The notes below the pieces were generated by a model. The model worked only from the letters and a program-made list of their open reading frames with translations. It did no database searches and was not told the origin of the DNA. Of a DNA stretch of 64,000 nucleotides, positions 52,619-63,232 are shown piece after piece. Position 1 is the stretch's first letter. Each line of letters starts with the position of its first letter. Source of the DNA: an uncultured Flavobacteriaceae bacterium. GTDB taxonomy: Bacteria; Bacteroidota; Bacteroidia; Flavobacteriales; Flavobacteriaceae. Location of the stretch: contig CAYGMB010000002.1 of the NCBI GenBank assembly GCA_964350765.1, positions 22,774 to 86,773 on the forward strand, written 5' to 3'. The position numbers and the translations under genes are program-made.

Positions 52619-55501
52619 ATGGCTACATTCTTACAGAGAACCTATATTCCACAAGAGAAAAGACAGGACACCAACTTCCCTTTATTAGCACAAGTGATGC
52701 AAATGAAGCAAGGTACCTATGATGCGAATAGAGCAAAAATACAACAGACTTTAGATGCCTTTGGAATACAAGCACAACAAGTGTTAAGGGACGAAGATAA
52801 AGAGTATATGGCGGCGAAACTGTCTAGCATAACCTCTCAAATCAATGACTACGGCAACAAAGATTTATCCCAATCAAGTGTAACAGAAGATTTAATGGGG
52901 AATATTAGAGCTGCAGCATCTGACCCAATCATCCAAAATGCAATCCAAACAACACAAAAGTTTAATAATTTCCAAACAGAAGTAGCCAAACTAAAAGAAG
53001 AAAATCCTGAATTATATAGTGATATAAACTATCAATATGCTTTAGAAAGTGCAGGATTGAAGGATTATATGGACGGTAAGACTAATACAATTGGTGATTT
53101 GAATTATACACCTTATAATGATTATAATAAAACTATCAATGATAATATCATAGACCTATTGGGCAAAAAAGGAAAACGAACTATACAACAAAGAGTTTTA
53201 GATAGTAACGGCAATCCTACAGGAGAAATTCAAGAAACAGAGATAGATGGATTATCTCCCGACCAATTAAGAGTTGTAGCAGAATCTATGTTAACAGCTC
53301 AAGATATGAAGCAAATAGAAATAGATGGTTGGTATAATAATGGAGGATTTGATAACCCAAATATTTTAAGCAGTGTTCAAGCCCCTCTTAATAAAAGAAT
53401 GAGAGATATTGATGAACAAGTAACTAAATATAGAATAAAAGCAGACCAATTATCTGCAGGTAGCCCTAAAAGAAAACAATATTTAAGTGATATTACTAAA
53501 TTAGAGCAAGAGAAAATAAATATTGAAAAGAATATAGATGTTTTTACGAAAGACCCAAAAGCAGCATCCACTTTCTTAGAGAGAGAAAAAGTAATAAATG
53601 GGATTACAGCAAGATTTGCAGGACTATATTCAGAAACACCTCGTATAGTTAAAGATGAAGCTTATTGGGCAAAAATGAATTATAATCTTGCTTTAGCTAA
53701 AGAACAAAGACTATCAAGAGAAGCCCAAAGTAAATTAGCAGAAGATAGAGGAAGTTTTTCTCAAGCACCTTTACCAACTAATTTAGAAGGAACAGAGTTA
53801 GAGGCTATAGAGACAGAAATACAAAACCAAATAGATACAACGTCCACAGAACTTGACACAACTTTCAGACAGATTAGAACAGTATTAGAAAGAGAAGCTT
53901 TAAGCGGAAATTCACAAGCAATAAAACAGTGGGAGTCATTAAACCAAAAATTACAAAACAAAGAGAAAGGTCAATCAGACGTTTCTATAATACAAGAATT
54001 TGTTTTATCTAATAACTCCAATGTAGATGCCCTTGTTTTAACCAATGAAAATGGAGAAAACTTAAAAGCAAAAGTTAGAAGTTTAGTAGAAAGACAAAAA
54101 ATAGAGTTAAGTGGATTAGAAGCAGAAAAGAAATTAGCAAGAGACCGACATGTTGATGTTACTATTAATACAGACCAAACATTTAAAGCCTTCCATAAAA
54201 ACCCAAACATAACAATGTTATGGAGAGGGAAGGCAACACCTGTACATCAAATATTAAAAGCAGAAGGATTGATGGATGAAAATGGTAATAAAACAGGAGA
54301 CCTAAAAAACAATCCTAAATTATTACAAGAACTTCAAAAATCTTACTACGCCTCTGATATTTTAAACGATTTAACAAGACTCACAACAACAACAGATAAG
54401 TTTGATGCTGAACAATCGCTAAAAGAATTATCCCTATTTTTTGGAGAAAAATCTTCAGATGTTTTAAAAGAGCAATATACAGGCTCTACTATAGTAGGAG
54501 ATTTTTATTTTAAACAAATAAATCCAAACACTAAAACAGGGCAATACTTATTACAAGCACAAGCTAATGGTGTTTATGATACTTTTGGATTCCAAGATAA
54601 TTCTTTAGTAGGTGACGATTCTGATATAGGACAATTTATAAAGAAAGATTATAGACAAGACCCGTTATACAAACAAGGTTTAGAACGCTTTAGAACAAAA
54701 TTAGGAAGCCAACAAATGTTAGGGTTTTCTTTTGCTGAAAATGAAAAAGATTTTAATGAACTAATGAGAACAGCACAAACTGTAAATTCAAATTTCAATC
54801 AAAATAAAAACTCTGTTATTAGAATAAGACAAAACGGGCAAAATATAATAATAGAAAATAAGAATAAAGATACAGGAGGAGAAGACCAAGGAGTAAGTCA
54901 AGTCGAAGTAGATATAAATACATTTCAGAGAAATCATCCTGAACTTTCGCAACAATTAGATTTTGCTTCAGATTCGGCTATATATACTTACGAAAGAATA
55001 GGCAAAGAACCTCTTCCATCAGAAGAGATAAAATATATACAAAGTAAAAGTAATGATTTATATGATTGGGTGACAGAGGAAATTCTTACAGGAGCTAAAC
55101 AAAAATACGTTCCTTTTTTAACAGAGCAGGATACGAGAACACATTTACTAAAAAATTATCCTGATTTAAAGGAAACACTTCCTCAATTTACACAAGTTAT
55201 TGATGCCCTTTTAACAAACTCTACTAATTATGCAGTGCATTTGCAATTTTCAGGCAGTCAATCTAAACCAAAATTAAATTTAAAACTAATACATGTAAAA
55301 AGTGAAGACGAAATACATTCTTTGACAATACCTAATATGGCAGAGGCAGATGATTTCCACGAAATATTAAAAGAAGCCCCACAAGTATATTTTGGACTAT
55401 TATTAGACAATCTACTTACAAAACAAAGATTCGACTACAACCAAACAGGAGAGGCATCTCCCGAATATATAAAACTAATAAAATCTCTCAATAATAAATA
55501 A
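52619..55501 (+). CDS. large virion protein (960 aa from ATG 52619)
   Basis: ORF track frame. The TTG at 52598 is part of the -7 box, so I start at MATFLQRTY. TAATG junction with the next gene. Confidence 0.6.
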   Translation: MATFLQRTYIPQEKRQDTNFPLLAQVMQMKQGTYDANRAKIQQTLDAFGIQAQQVLRDEDKEYMAAKLSSITSQINDYGNKDLSQSSVTEDLMGNIRAAASDPIIQNAIQTTQKFNNFQTEVAKLKEENPELYSDINYQYALESAGLKDYMDGKTNTIGDLNYTPYNDYNKTINDNIIDLLGKKGKRTIQQRVLDSNGNPTGEIQETEIDGLSPDQLRVVAESMLTAQDMKQIEIDGWYNNGGFDNPNILSSVQAPLNKRMRDIDEQVTKYRIKADQLSAGSPKRKQYLSDITKLEQEKINIEKNIDVFTKDPKAASTFLEREKVINGITARFAGLYSETPRIVKDEAYWAKMNYNLALAKEQRLSREAQSKLAEDRGSFSQAPLPTNLEGTELEAIETEIQNQIDTTSTELDTTFRQIRTVLEREALSGNSQAIKQWESLNQKLQNKEKGQSDVSIIQEFVLSNNSNVDALVLTNENGENLKAKVRSLVERQKIELSGLEAEKKLARDRHVDVTINTDQTFKAFHKNPNITMLWRGKATPVHQILKAEGLMDENGNKTGDLKNNPKLLQELQKSYYASDILNDLTRLTTTTDKFDAEQSLKELSLFFGEKSSDVLKEQYTGSTIVGDFYFKQINPNTKTGQYLLQAQANGVYDTFGFQDNSLVGDDSDIGQFIKKDYRQDPLYKQGLERFRTKLGSQQMLGFSFAENEKDFNELMRTAQTVNSNFNQNKNSVIRIRQNGQNIIIENKNKDTGGEDQGVSQVEVDINTFQRNHPELSQQLDFASDSAIYTYERIGKEPLPSEEIKYIQSKSNDLYDWVTEEILTGAKQKYVPFLTEQDTRTHLLKNYPDLKETLPQFTQVIDALLTNSTNYAVHLQFSGSQSKPKLNLKLIHVKSEDEIHSLTIPNMAEADDFHEILKEAPQVYFGLLLDNLLTKQRFDYNQTGEASPEYIKLIKSLNNK

Positions 55502-58500
55502 TGGCTTTAAACCAAAAATTCGATTATAATCCATTAAAGGATGTTACTACTGAAAAGCTTCCTATCTTAACAAGTACAGAGAAGCCTGAAATAGTTGCAT
55601 CGAATAAGATGATGGGCTTTGTTGATAGCGACGTTAAAAGTAAAGCAAAAGTAGAGTTAAAAAATACAGATTTATTTAATGACTATTTGTTTGAAAAAAC
55701 AACGCCAAACCCATTATTAGATTTTACTGATAACAGGACAAAATTAACTGAGTACAATATAAATGCTACAGATGCCTATACAGAATTAAATAGTGGTAAA
55801 TTAACACCCTTATACAAAGATTTTTTACCAAATACAGATAACGAAGACCGTTTAGCAAGACAACAAACCACAGGAGAAAAATGGGCAAATGGTTGGGCTA
55901 AATTTGGTACAGGAACACTAAACACAATAGCAGGAGCTACAGTAGGAGCAGTGTACGGGATAGGTAGTTGGATAAGCGAAGGAAACTTCCAAGCAATGTA
56001 TGATAACGACTTTACCAAATATTTAGATGACCTGAATACTAAAATGCGTTATAAACTTCCTAACTATTACACAGAACAGGAACGCAATACAAGTTTTGAT
56101 GTAACATCAGCTAATTTTTGGGCAGATAAAGTATTAGGAGCTGCAGCCTTTACAGTTGGTGCCATTGTATCAGAAGGTATTTGGGCAGCAGCAACAGGAG
56201 GAGCTTCATTAACCACTACGGCAGCAAGATGGGCAGGAAGAATGGGAAAAGCGGGAAAATGGTCTAAAGCTATATTAGGAGAAAAAGCTGTAAAAGCTGC
56301 TTCAGGCTCTTATAAAAGTTGGCTTAAAGCACCACTGTTTAATGCCTATAAAAAAACAGGAATGCTCAACAAAGACGCTGCAATAAGAGCTGCAAAAACA
56401 GCAGAAGCTCTAAACACAACAAGATTTTTAGCAACCTCTTCAGGTTATGAAGCAGGAGTAGAGGCATTGCATTACAAAAAAGAAGCAGAAGAAAACTTCT
56501 ACAGAAATTTCTATGAACTAAATGGAAGACAACCAAATGGACAGGAAATAGCAGATTTTACTGAAGACTTAGAAAATTCAGCAAATGTTGTTTTTGGAGG
56601 GAACATGGCACTACTATCTGTGTCAAACGCAGTAATGTTCGGAAGCCTCTTTAATATAAAAAACCCATTTAGACAAACTACTAAAGGGATAAACAGAAAA
56701 CTATTTGGAATAGGAATAGAAGAAACTGCAGAAAAGGGAGTATTTAAAGCAATTACACCAACCAAAGGACAAAAACTATTTACATCTGCATATGGAATAA
56801 CAAAACCATTAGCAACAGAAGGTCTTTTTGAAGAAGGAGGACAAGGAGCCTTATCAGGAGCAGCAGGGTATTGGACAGAAAGCGGGTACAATCCAAAATA
56901 TAATGGACACAGTGTATCTATGATGGATGCTATGGCTCATGGAATGGCAGAGCAATATGGTACAAAAGAGGGTTGGGAAGAGATAGGCATTGGATTTATT
57001 ATTGGTGGTGGTGCATCTATTATTCAAGGTAAAGGAAAACCTTTAGATATAAAACAGATACAAGAGGCTCGTAAAAATCAAGAGAATATCGTTAAGGGGT
57101 TAAATACATTTGGGCAAGATGTGTTGGTGAAACGAATGATAATGAGCAACAAAATTCAAAGTGCCGTAGATAAAGAGCTAAAAGCAACAAAGCAAGGTAA
57201 TTACGTAGAATCCGAAATAGCAAACCAAGACAAACTCTTAACTGAAATAGAGTTTATGCACGGCATAGGAGAAGATGTAGACCAACTCCCTGAAAAATAT
57301 AGAATTGCAATGTCAAATATGACAGAAGACCAATTCAAAGAAGCGGGAATAGAAAACCCACAAGAATATATTGAAACCGTAATCAATGCATACAGTAATG
57401 TTGTAAAAAGATATAAAAAGAACATTAGATATGCTGAGGCAATGTATGGTGTTGACGTGCAAAAAGACAACCATGATTTAGCAATCCAAGCACAGGCGTT
57501 AGCTTACACTATAACCACAGGAGAAACAGCTTCCACTATAATGGAAGAAACACTTGATGAAATAGGCTCTGAAATAGGCTCTGAAAATCAACGTGTACTG
57601 ACATTAGAATCTGAACTACAGAGACTAACAGAAGACCAACTAAGTGAAATATCAATAAACGTAACAAAACTAAAAGCACAAAAAGAAAAACAAGCTAAGT
57701 TAGTTCAAAAAATACAAGAGGTACAAAACGCACCTAAAGAAATAGAGGGTGACAGACAAGCAGGAGCCGAACTTGCAAAACTAAATAAAGCTCTTTTAGA
57801 AACCAACAATGAAATATCTACTTTAGAATCTGAAGTTAATAGATTTAAAGAAGAATTGTCTCAAGAGAGAACAAGAAGACAAGGAATGGAAACTAATTCC
57901 AATTTTGAGAATGCAGAGTCTAAAACCTTATCTCAATTAGAACTTATATCATTAGAGGATTTACTAAATATAGATGAAAAATTAAATAACATAAATGATT
58001 TAATAAACTCATATGAAGGGTATAACCCACAATTATACAGTAAGTTAACAGCTTTAGCAGAAAGGTATAACCAAGCAAAAGAAAGCTTTGTGCGATATAA
58101 TGCTATGGGAGTAGCTTTATCAAGTGGTAAGGTTAATGTAAGACCTAAAAAAGTAGGAGGTTTGTTAGGAAAAGTGTTTGATAAGAAAAAATACACACAA
58201 GATGAATTTACACAAGCATTTTTAGGAGACACCTTAAATCAATATGTTAATAACAGAGTAAGTCAATTTAATAATGAAGAAGTAACAGAAGAAGTAGAAT
58301 TAGATGAACTTTACATACCTATTACAGAAGAGCGTTCTACATTAATAGCAGAAAAATTAAGAACAAACAAACCTCTTTCTAAAAGAGAACAAAGGCTTTA
58401 TGAAGCTAACCAAGAAGATATAGATAAGAAAATATCTGAAATCAACAAGGAAAAAGGAGACAACCCAAGACAACAAAAGATTAAAGTTGATACCCAATCT

Positions 58501-60927
58501 CAAATAGATGAAATAAATAAAAGAAGAGAAATAGCTTTTAGAGGTACAGATGAAAATGGTAAAAATCCTTTAGGGGAATATGCAAATAGTAATAGAATAT
58601 ATAAAATTAATAAAAACAATGATAATGTAGAATTAAGTAAAGAAGAGTATGAAAGTTTAAATGCTTTACTTGATAAACTCATTAAACAAGGAATGTCTGC
58701 TAAAAATATTACTAGAGCTATATTAGCAGGTAAAACTACACATGTAGGTTCTACTTCTACAACAGTTCAAGCATTTATTGAACATAAAATAAAGGGTTTA
58801 AATAACGCTAAATTAGGGGAACATTTATTTAATTCAATAAACGCTAAATACGATGCTGAAATAGAAGCAGTAAAAAAACAAAAAACAACTTCTGCAACAC
58901 AATCACCTCAAAACGAAGTAGACCAATTAAAAGAAAGATTAGAAACAACATTAAAAGAGGATTATTATCCACTCCAATATGTTGGAGAAGATTATGACGA
59001 ACTCGTAAAAAATAAACCTTCTGATAAAGATATAGAAAGATATAGAGAACTTTTAAATAAAGACCGCCTTGCAGAAGAAGAGTTTGAGTTTGAAGAGTTA
59101 CAACAAAAGCTAAGCAATTGGAGAGTGTTAGATTCAGCCGTGTCAGAAACACAATCATTAGCTGATATAATCAATCTAATACAACAATTAGAAACTCAAG
59201 TAGAACAAAACGAAACAGTAACGGAAATTACCGAAGAGTTTGATACACAAATTATAGATGATAATTTAGGTAGTGGTACTATGGTAGTATATGAGCTTAC
59301 CCAAAACACCACAGGAAACGCTACAGCTAAAATTTTAAAAAACAACAGAATAAAACTTAGTCATATAAAAATAGATACTATTTTAGAAAGATTAGGTGGC
59401 ACTAACGAAAAGAAAACAAGTAAAGGAACAACCGTTTACAATATAACACCTGAAAATACAGAAGGTAGTATAGAAATTACTGTAACGCCTAATGGAGCTA
59501 TAGAGATGAATTTAGATGACTTTTTAAGTCTACAACAATCTTTAAATCTGTATGTAGTAGATAGTGGTCAAATTAATTGGACTTACAAGGATATATATGA
59601 AGTAGTAGGAGACGAGTTTGTAGAAAAACCTTCTGACTTTATTGATGATGATATTTCAGGAAATATTTATGAATTACAGAAGGAAGATGAGGTAGAATTC
59701 TATTATGATAGTGAAGATGCATGGAACCAAGAGTTATACAAAAAATACAAAAAAGGTAAAATAACCAAAGAAGAGTTTAGGAATCAAGTTAAAATATATA
59801 TAAGAAAAGACGGTAAAAATTATGGCACCTTAAAATCGATGCGAGAGGAATCTTTAGATGAAAGTATGGCCTCTATAAGAGATAATACAGCAGAAGTGGC
59901 TTTGAATGAACAAAGCGCATTAGTTGGAAAAACAACGGTATCTCAAATTATGTTAGGTTCTCCTAAATTTACACTAAACGAAAACAACCAACCAACCGAA
60001 TTAGAAATAACAGACAGAGGTATAGAAGAAGTAGTGACAACAGGATATATTTTAGACAATGAATTTACATTATCAGATAAGACATTGGAAGAAAAAACAG
60101 ACCAAAGTTTTGTAGGAAAAATATCCAAAAACCAAGAAGGTAAAAAAATACCTGTAGTAGTGGTTAAAAAAGGAAAACACTTTATTGCATACCCTATTTC
60201 TGTTATTAAAAAAGGAAATTCACAAGCAAGTAGATTTGAAGCTATAATTAACAATGAGTTTTCTGATGACAATGGAAAGGTAAGAAAAATAAATGAATTA
60301 TTAATATCACTAGGAATTGCACCTAGCACATATAACCTTATAGATTTATCTGAGCAGGAAAAACTAAACAGAATTCAAGAAGATTTAAGTAATTACAAAG
60401 TATATACAACTGCAGATGATTTTGCAAATAAATATGATAAAAAACTACTTAAGTATGATGCAACTATAAAAATTGATTTAGAAGACCTGAATAGAAGTAT
60501 TTCATCTCCTAAAGTAAGAATAGATTTAAATAATATCACCATATATCAAACTTCTGAACTTAAGTACGAAAGTATGACAGAATTAGAAGATATTTTAAGT
60601 GATTTGTCCTTAGAAGTTGATAGAATAATAATGAATGATTATGTAGATAATAAAGGGGACGCTATTGAAAATAAATTTACAGACGTATATGCAGATGATT
60701 CAGTTATCAAAAATCCTGAAAATCAATTGGACAAAATGCACAACGTAAGGATGTTGATGAAAGGCTACCCTTTAATGTCAAATAAATTTAAACAACTATT
60801 AGGCCAAGATAAAGTAAAAACAATCGAAAAGGCAATTAAAAAAATAGAATTCCTAAGAAAACAAATAGACACCAAAGCAAACACCGAAGTTCAAAAAAAG
60901 AAAAACGAATTAAAAAACGAATGCTAA
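55501..60927 (+). CDS. giant virion protein (1808 aa) with N-terminal Gly/Ala-rich hydrophobic segments and long coiled coils
   Basis: Hydrophobic stretches GTGTLNTIAGATVGAVYGIGSWI, VLGAAAFTVGAIVSEGIWAAATGG, GGNMALLSVSNAVMFGSLF and IGIGFIIGGGASII, then about 1200 aa of charged helical sequence. The composition resembles tape-measure or ejection proteins, but this is unproven. Confidence 0.6.
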   Translation: MALNQKFDYNPLKDVTTEKLPILTSTEKPEIVASNKMMGFVDSDVKSKAKVELKNTDLFNDYLFEKTTPNPLLDFTDNRTKLTEYNINATDAYTELNSGKLTPLYKDFLPNTDNEDRLARQQTTGEKWANGWAKFGTGTLNTIAGATVGAVYGIGSWISEGNFQAMYDNDFTKYLDDLNTKMRYKLPNYYTEQERNTSFDVTSANFWADKVLGAAAFTVGAIVSEGIWAAATGGASLTTTAARWAGRMGKAGKWSKAILGEKAVKAASGSYKSWLKAPLFNAYKKTGMLNKDAAIRAAKTAEALNTTRFLATSSGYEAGVEALHYKKEAEENFYRNFYELNGRQPNGQEIADFTEDLENSANVVFGGNMALLSVSNAVMFGSLFNIKNPFRQTTKGINRKLFGIGIEETAEKGVFKAITPTKGQKLFTSAYGITKPLATEGLFEEGGQGALSGAAGYWTESGYNPKYNGHSVSMMDAMAHGMAEQYGTKEGWEEIGIGFIIGGGASIIQGKGKPLDIKQIQEARKNQENIVKGLNTFGQDVLVKRMIMSNKIQSAVDKELKATKQGNYVESEIANQDKLLTEIEFMHGIGEDVDQLPEKYRIAMSNMTEDQFKEAGIENPQEYIETVINAYSNVVKRYKKNIRYAEAMYGVDVQKDNHDLAIQAQALAYTITTGETASTIMEETLDEIGSEIGSENQRVLTLESELQRLTEDQLSEISINVTKLKAQKEKQAKLVQKIQEVQNAPKEIEGDRQAGAELAKLNKALLETNNEISTLESEVNRFKEELSQERTRRQGMETNSNFENAESKTLSQLELISLEDLLNIDEKLNNINDLINSYEGYNPQLYSKLTALAERYNQAKESFVRYNAMGVALSSGKVNVRPKKVGGLLGKVFDKKKYTQDEFTQAFLGDTLNQYVNNRVSQFNNEEVTEEVELDELYIPITEERSTLIAEKLRTNKPLSKREQRLYEANQEDIDKKISEINKEKGDNPRQQKIKVDTQSQIDEINKRREIAFRGTDENGKNPLGEYANSNRIYKINKNNDNVELSKEEYESLNALLDKLIKQGMSAKNITRAILAGKTTHVGSTSTTVQAFIEHKIKGLNNAKLGEHLFNSINAKYDAEIEAVKKQKTTSATQSPQNEVDQLKERLETTLKEDYYPLQYVGEDYDELVKNKPSDKDIERYRELLNKDRLAEEEFEFEELQQKLSNWRVLDSAVSETQSLADIINLIQQLETQVEQNETVTEITEEFDTQIIDDNLGSGTMVVYELTQNTTGNATAKILKNNRIKLSHIKIDTILERLGGTNEKKTSKGTTVYNITPENTEGSIEITVTPNGAIEMNLDDFLSLQQSLNLYVVDSGQINWTYKDIYEVVGDEFVEKPSDFIDDDISGNIYELQKEDEVEFYYDSEDAWNQELYKKYKKGKITKEEFRNQVKIYIRKDGKNYGTLKSMREESLDESMASIRDNTAEVALNEQSALVGKTTVSQIMLGSPKFTLNENNQPTELEITDRGIEEVVTTGYILDNEFTLSDKTLEEKTDQSFVGKISKNQEGKKIPVVVVKKGKHFIAYPISVIKKGNSQASRFEAIINNEFSDDNGKVRKINELLISLGIAPSTYNLIDLSEQEKLNRIQEDLSNYKVYTTADDFANKYDKKLLKYDATIKIDLEDLNRSISSPKVRIDLNNITIYQTSELKYESMTELEDILSDLSLEVDRIIMNDYVDNKGDAIENKFTDVYADDSVIKNPENQLDKMHNVRMLMKGYPLMSNKFKQLLGQDKVKTIEKAIKKIEFLRKQIDTKANTEVQKKKNELKNEC

Positions 60928-61103
60928 GAAATCTCCAAATAAAACAAATGAAAGATATGGGTTATGATACCTATAGCAAAACCTATGAAGAATTGGTAGA
61001 AGAAATGATTGGAGAAGTAATGGAATTAAGAAGAATGGTAGTTGAAAAGGAATACCACCGTTTTGAAAGGGAATTAGAAAGAGTGCAAAAACCAACAAAT
61101 TAA
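60921..61103 (+). CDS. hypothetical protein (60 aa)
   Basis: ORF track. It overlaps the 3' end of the preceding gene by 7 nt. Confidence 0.45.
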   Translation: MLRNLQIKQMKDMGYDTYSKTYEELVEEMIGEVMELRRMVVEKEYHRFERELERVQKPTN

Positions 61104-61113
61104 ACATAATATT

Positions 61114-63201
61114 TTGAGTTGTAGAATAACATTGAATGGAGTGTTCGCTGAAAATGGTGAACCTTCTATCCTTTATAAAGATTTAGAACGTGTAACAGCA
61201 AATGAGGTTGACGCACAAAATCTTTATGCCTTATCAGAAACTAACAGTTTTGTAAATAACGTCACGAGACCACTTAGAAATTCAAATCCAAAAGAGTTCG
61301 ATAAGAATGGAGAGATAAAACACACTTATGTAATTAATTATGCAAAAGAGTTAAATACAACCACAGAGAAATTATCTACACAAGAAATAATAGATACTCA
61401 AAATATTCTTCTTCAAAATGAAAATTTTCAAGACAGCTCAGAGTTATTATTAGCCCTTGAGAGAGCTTTTTATGATAAAGACGGATTGTTTAACCCAAGC
61501 GTATCGTCCTTAACAGAGAATGGCTTATATAGCGTATATGAGGCTCAAAACATACTAAATAATATAGACCTTCAGGAAAATATTAAAACCACCATAGAAA
61601 AGTTAGGAAATTCTGAAATTATTGAGAGTAATTTAAGCAATGTTAAAACAGAGTTTGCCGACAAGGAAAACACAATAAACTCCTTTGGCAAACTAAATGT
61701 AAAAAACCCATACGAACAAGAGAAACAGATAATTCAAGATTATGGAGGAAAAGACGATGTAGATTTAGACACTATAGAAAATACAAGACTACAAAAGCAC
61801 TTACAAAACGAACAGAACAGAACAGAGTTAGAAAACGAATTGGCTTTATATAAAAGACTCCCTCACCTAACACAAAACCTAACACCATACACTCAACCTA
61901 TACTGAACACCAATGCAATAAAACTAACCCAAGATACACAACTCATATCAGACCTTCAAGTATTAAAAGAAACACCGACAGAGTTATTACAATCAGACGA
62001 AGCGTTAAACTACGTAAGGAAGTTAGAAAAAGACCTTGCAAGCATAGGGATAGACTTAATGGGACTGAGCGAGAAAGGAAACTATATAGAGGTGGTAGAA
62101 CCATTACAACAATTTCTTTTAAATCCAAACGAAGCAAATACAGCTAATTTAGAGGCTGTGATGATAGATGTGATGGGAATTGAAAGAACACCACAAGAAG
62201 TTGTTTTAAAAATGGACAGTGACCAATCCTTACATTATATAGAAACAGAGAAGAGTGAAGAAGAGATGTTCGATAATGGGTATATAAGAACGGGAAGAAA
62301 AAACATATATCAGAAAATAGAAAAAATACCCTTCGCACAATTACAGTCTATTTTATTAGAAGATATGACTCAAAAAGAGCTCTCTGATTTATTGGAAACA
62401 GAGTCTCGTAAGATGAAGACCGTCAAAGATAATGAGAAGGCAAAAGAGATAGTGGCATACAAAACAGTTTTTAATCAACCGCTAACAACACCAACAGAAA
62501 AAACAAACTTCAAGGAAATAGAAGAAAGACAACAACTGTTTAATGGTAACGAAGAGTACCTAAAAGGGGATTTTGTAGCTGATTTTAATGCAACTATAAT
62601 AGAGGAGAAAAGAAAGAATAGTGATAACTACAGAAACTTCTATAGTAAATTTGGAATTAATGAGAAGGGAATTTATATAAAATCTGCAGACCCATTGACC
62701 ATATCAAACCTAAAAACTTGGTTGGAATCGGGCGAGATAAAAAACACAGAGGACATTATAAACTACAGCCTATTATCTAAAAATATACCGTCGTTATCTT
62801 CTGTAGAAGCACCCATTACATTCACCAATAAAGAAACGTTGAGAGTGGTGTACTCAAACAACCCACAATCCTTAAAAATAACAGACGAAGGCTACAGTAT
62901 GATGAACGATAACTTCATCACAATAGAAAATGGAACACAGCCATTTGTGAGAACACCCGAAGGTGTATTTGAACTTATAGAAACCAAGGGAAGCACAAGT
63001 CTTTATACAAAATTACCATTAAGCGAAGATACAAACTACTACAACCTATCCAATATTGACCTTATGGATAATCGAAGTATAGAACAGGCAAGTAGTTTTG
63101 TAACGCAGAAACTAAAAGAAGGTGGGTTTGTAAAACAGAAAAACATCCTTACAAAACAAGAAAAAGAAAAAATAAACCAAGAAAATTTTGATTGTATTTA
63201 A
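61114..63201 (+). CDS. large hypothetical virion-module protein (695 aa, TTG start)
   Basis: ORF track. No in-frame ATG near the 5' end. No recognisable motif. Confidence 0.55.
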   Translation: MSCRITLNGVFAENGEPSILYKDLERVTANEVDAQNLYALSETNSFVNNVTRPLRNSNPKEFDKNGEIKHTYVINYAKELNTTTEKLSTQEIIDTQNILLQNENFQDSSELLLALERAFYDKDGLFNPSVSSLTENGLYSVYEAQNILNNIDLQENIKTTIEKLGNSEIIESNLSNVKTEFADKENTINSFGKLNVKNPYEQEKQIIQDYGGKDDVDLDTIENTRLQKHLQNEQNRTELENELALYKRLPHLTQNLTPYTQPILNTNAIKLTQDTQLISDLQVLKETPTELLQSDEALNYVRKLEKDLASIGIDLMGLSEKGNYIEVVEPLQQFLLNPNEANTANLEAVMIDVMGIERTPQEVVLKMDSDQSLHYIETEKSEEEMFDNGYIRTGRKNIYQKIEKIPFAQLQSILLEDMTQKELSDLLETESRKMKTVKDNEKAKEIVAYKTVFNQPLTTPTEKTNFKEIEERQQLFNGNEEYLKGDFVADFNATIIEEKRKNSDNYRNFYSKFGINEKGIYIKSADPLTISNLKTWLESGEIKNTEDIINYSLLSKNIPSLSSVEAPITFTNKETLRVVYSNNPQSLKITDEGYSMMNDNFITIENGTQPFVRTPEGVFELIETKGSTSLYTKLPLSEDTNYYNLSNIDLMDNRSIEQASSFVTQKLKEGGFVKQKNILTKQEKEKINQENFDCI

Positions 63202-63217
63202 TAATCAACTATATTTG
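63187..63217 (+). promoter_or_regulatory. Bacteroidetes-type promoter of the endonuclease gene
   Basis: TTTG (63187-63190, inside the end of the previous CDS), 19-nt spacer, TATATTTG (63210-63217), 15 nt upstream of the TTG at 63233. Confidence 0.6.
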
Positions 63218-63232
63218 CAAAAAAGAACTAAT

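Noticed and set aside
57559-57582. Tandem duplication 2 x GAAATAGGCTCT (EIGSEIGS) inside the 1808-aa gene.
   Set aside because: It is a single in-frame 12-nt duplication within coding sequence, too short to be a repeat element or array.
25590-60329. Antisense ORFs of about 100-135 aa inside large rightward genes (25590-25946, 26082-26426, 36039-36398, 40723-41130, 44386-44715, 56511-56891, 59943-60329, and the many 60-100 aa ones).
   Set aside because: All lie wholly within long, well-supported genes on the other strand. Their composition is low-complexity and Leu/Phe/Ser/Cys-rich, typical of shadow frames. They have no promoter matches and break the uniform strand organisation.
39647-63201. 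Virion RNA polymerase (double-psi beta-barrel, DxDxD catalytic motif) among the giant ORFs.
   Set aside because: A visual scan found no NADFDGD-like or clear DxDxD motif in a suitable context (only DDVDLD in the 695-aa ORF). It cannot be excluded without profile or structure searches, so I kept it as a suggested test and not as a call.
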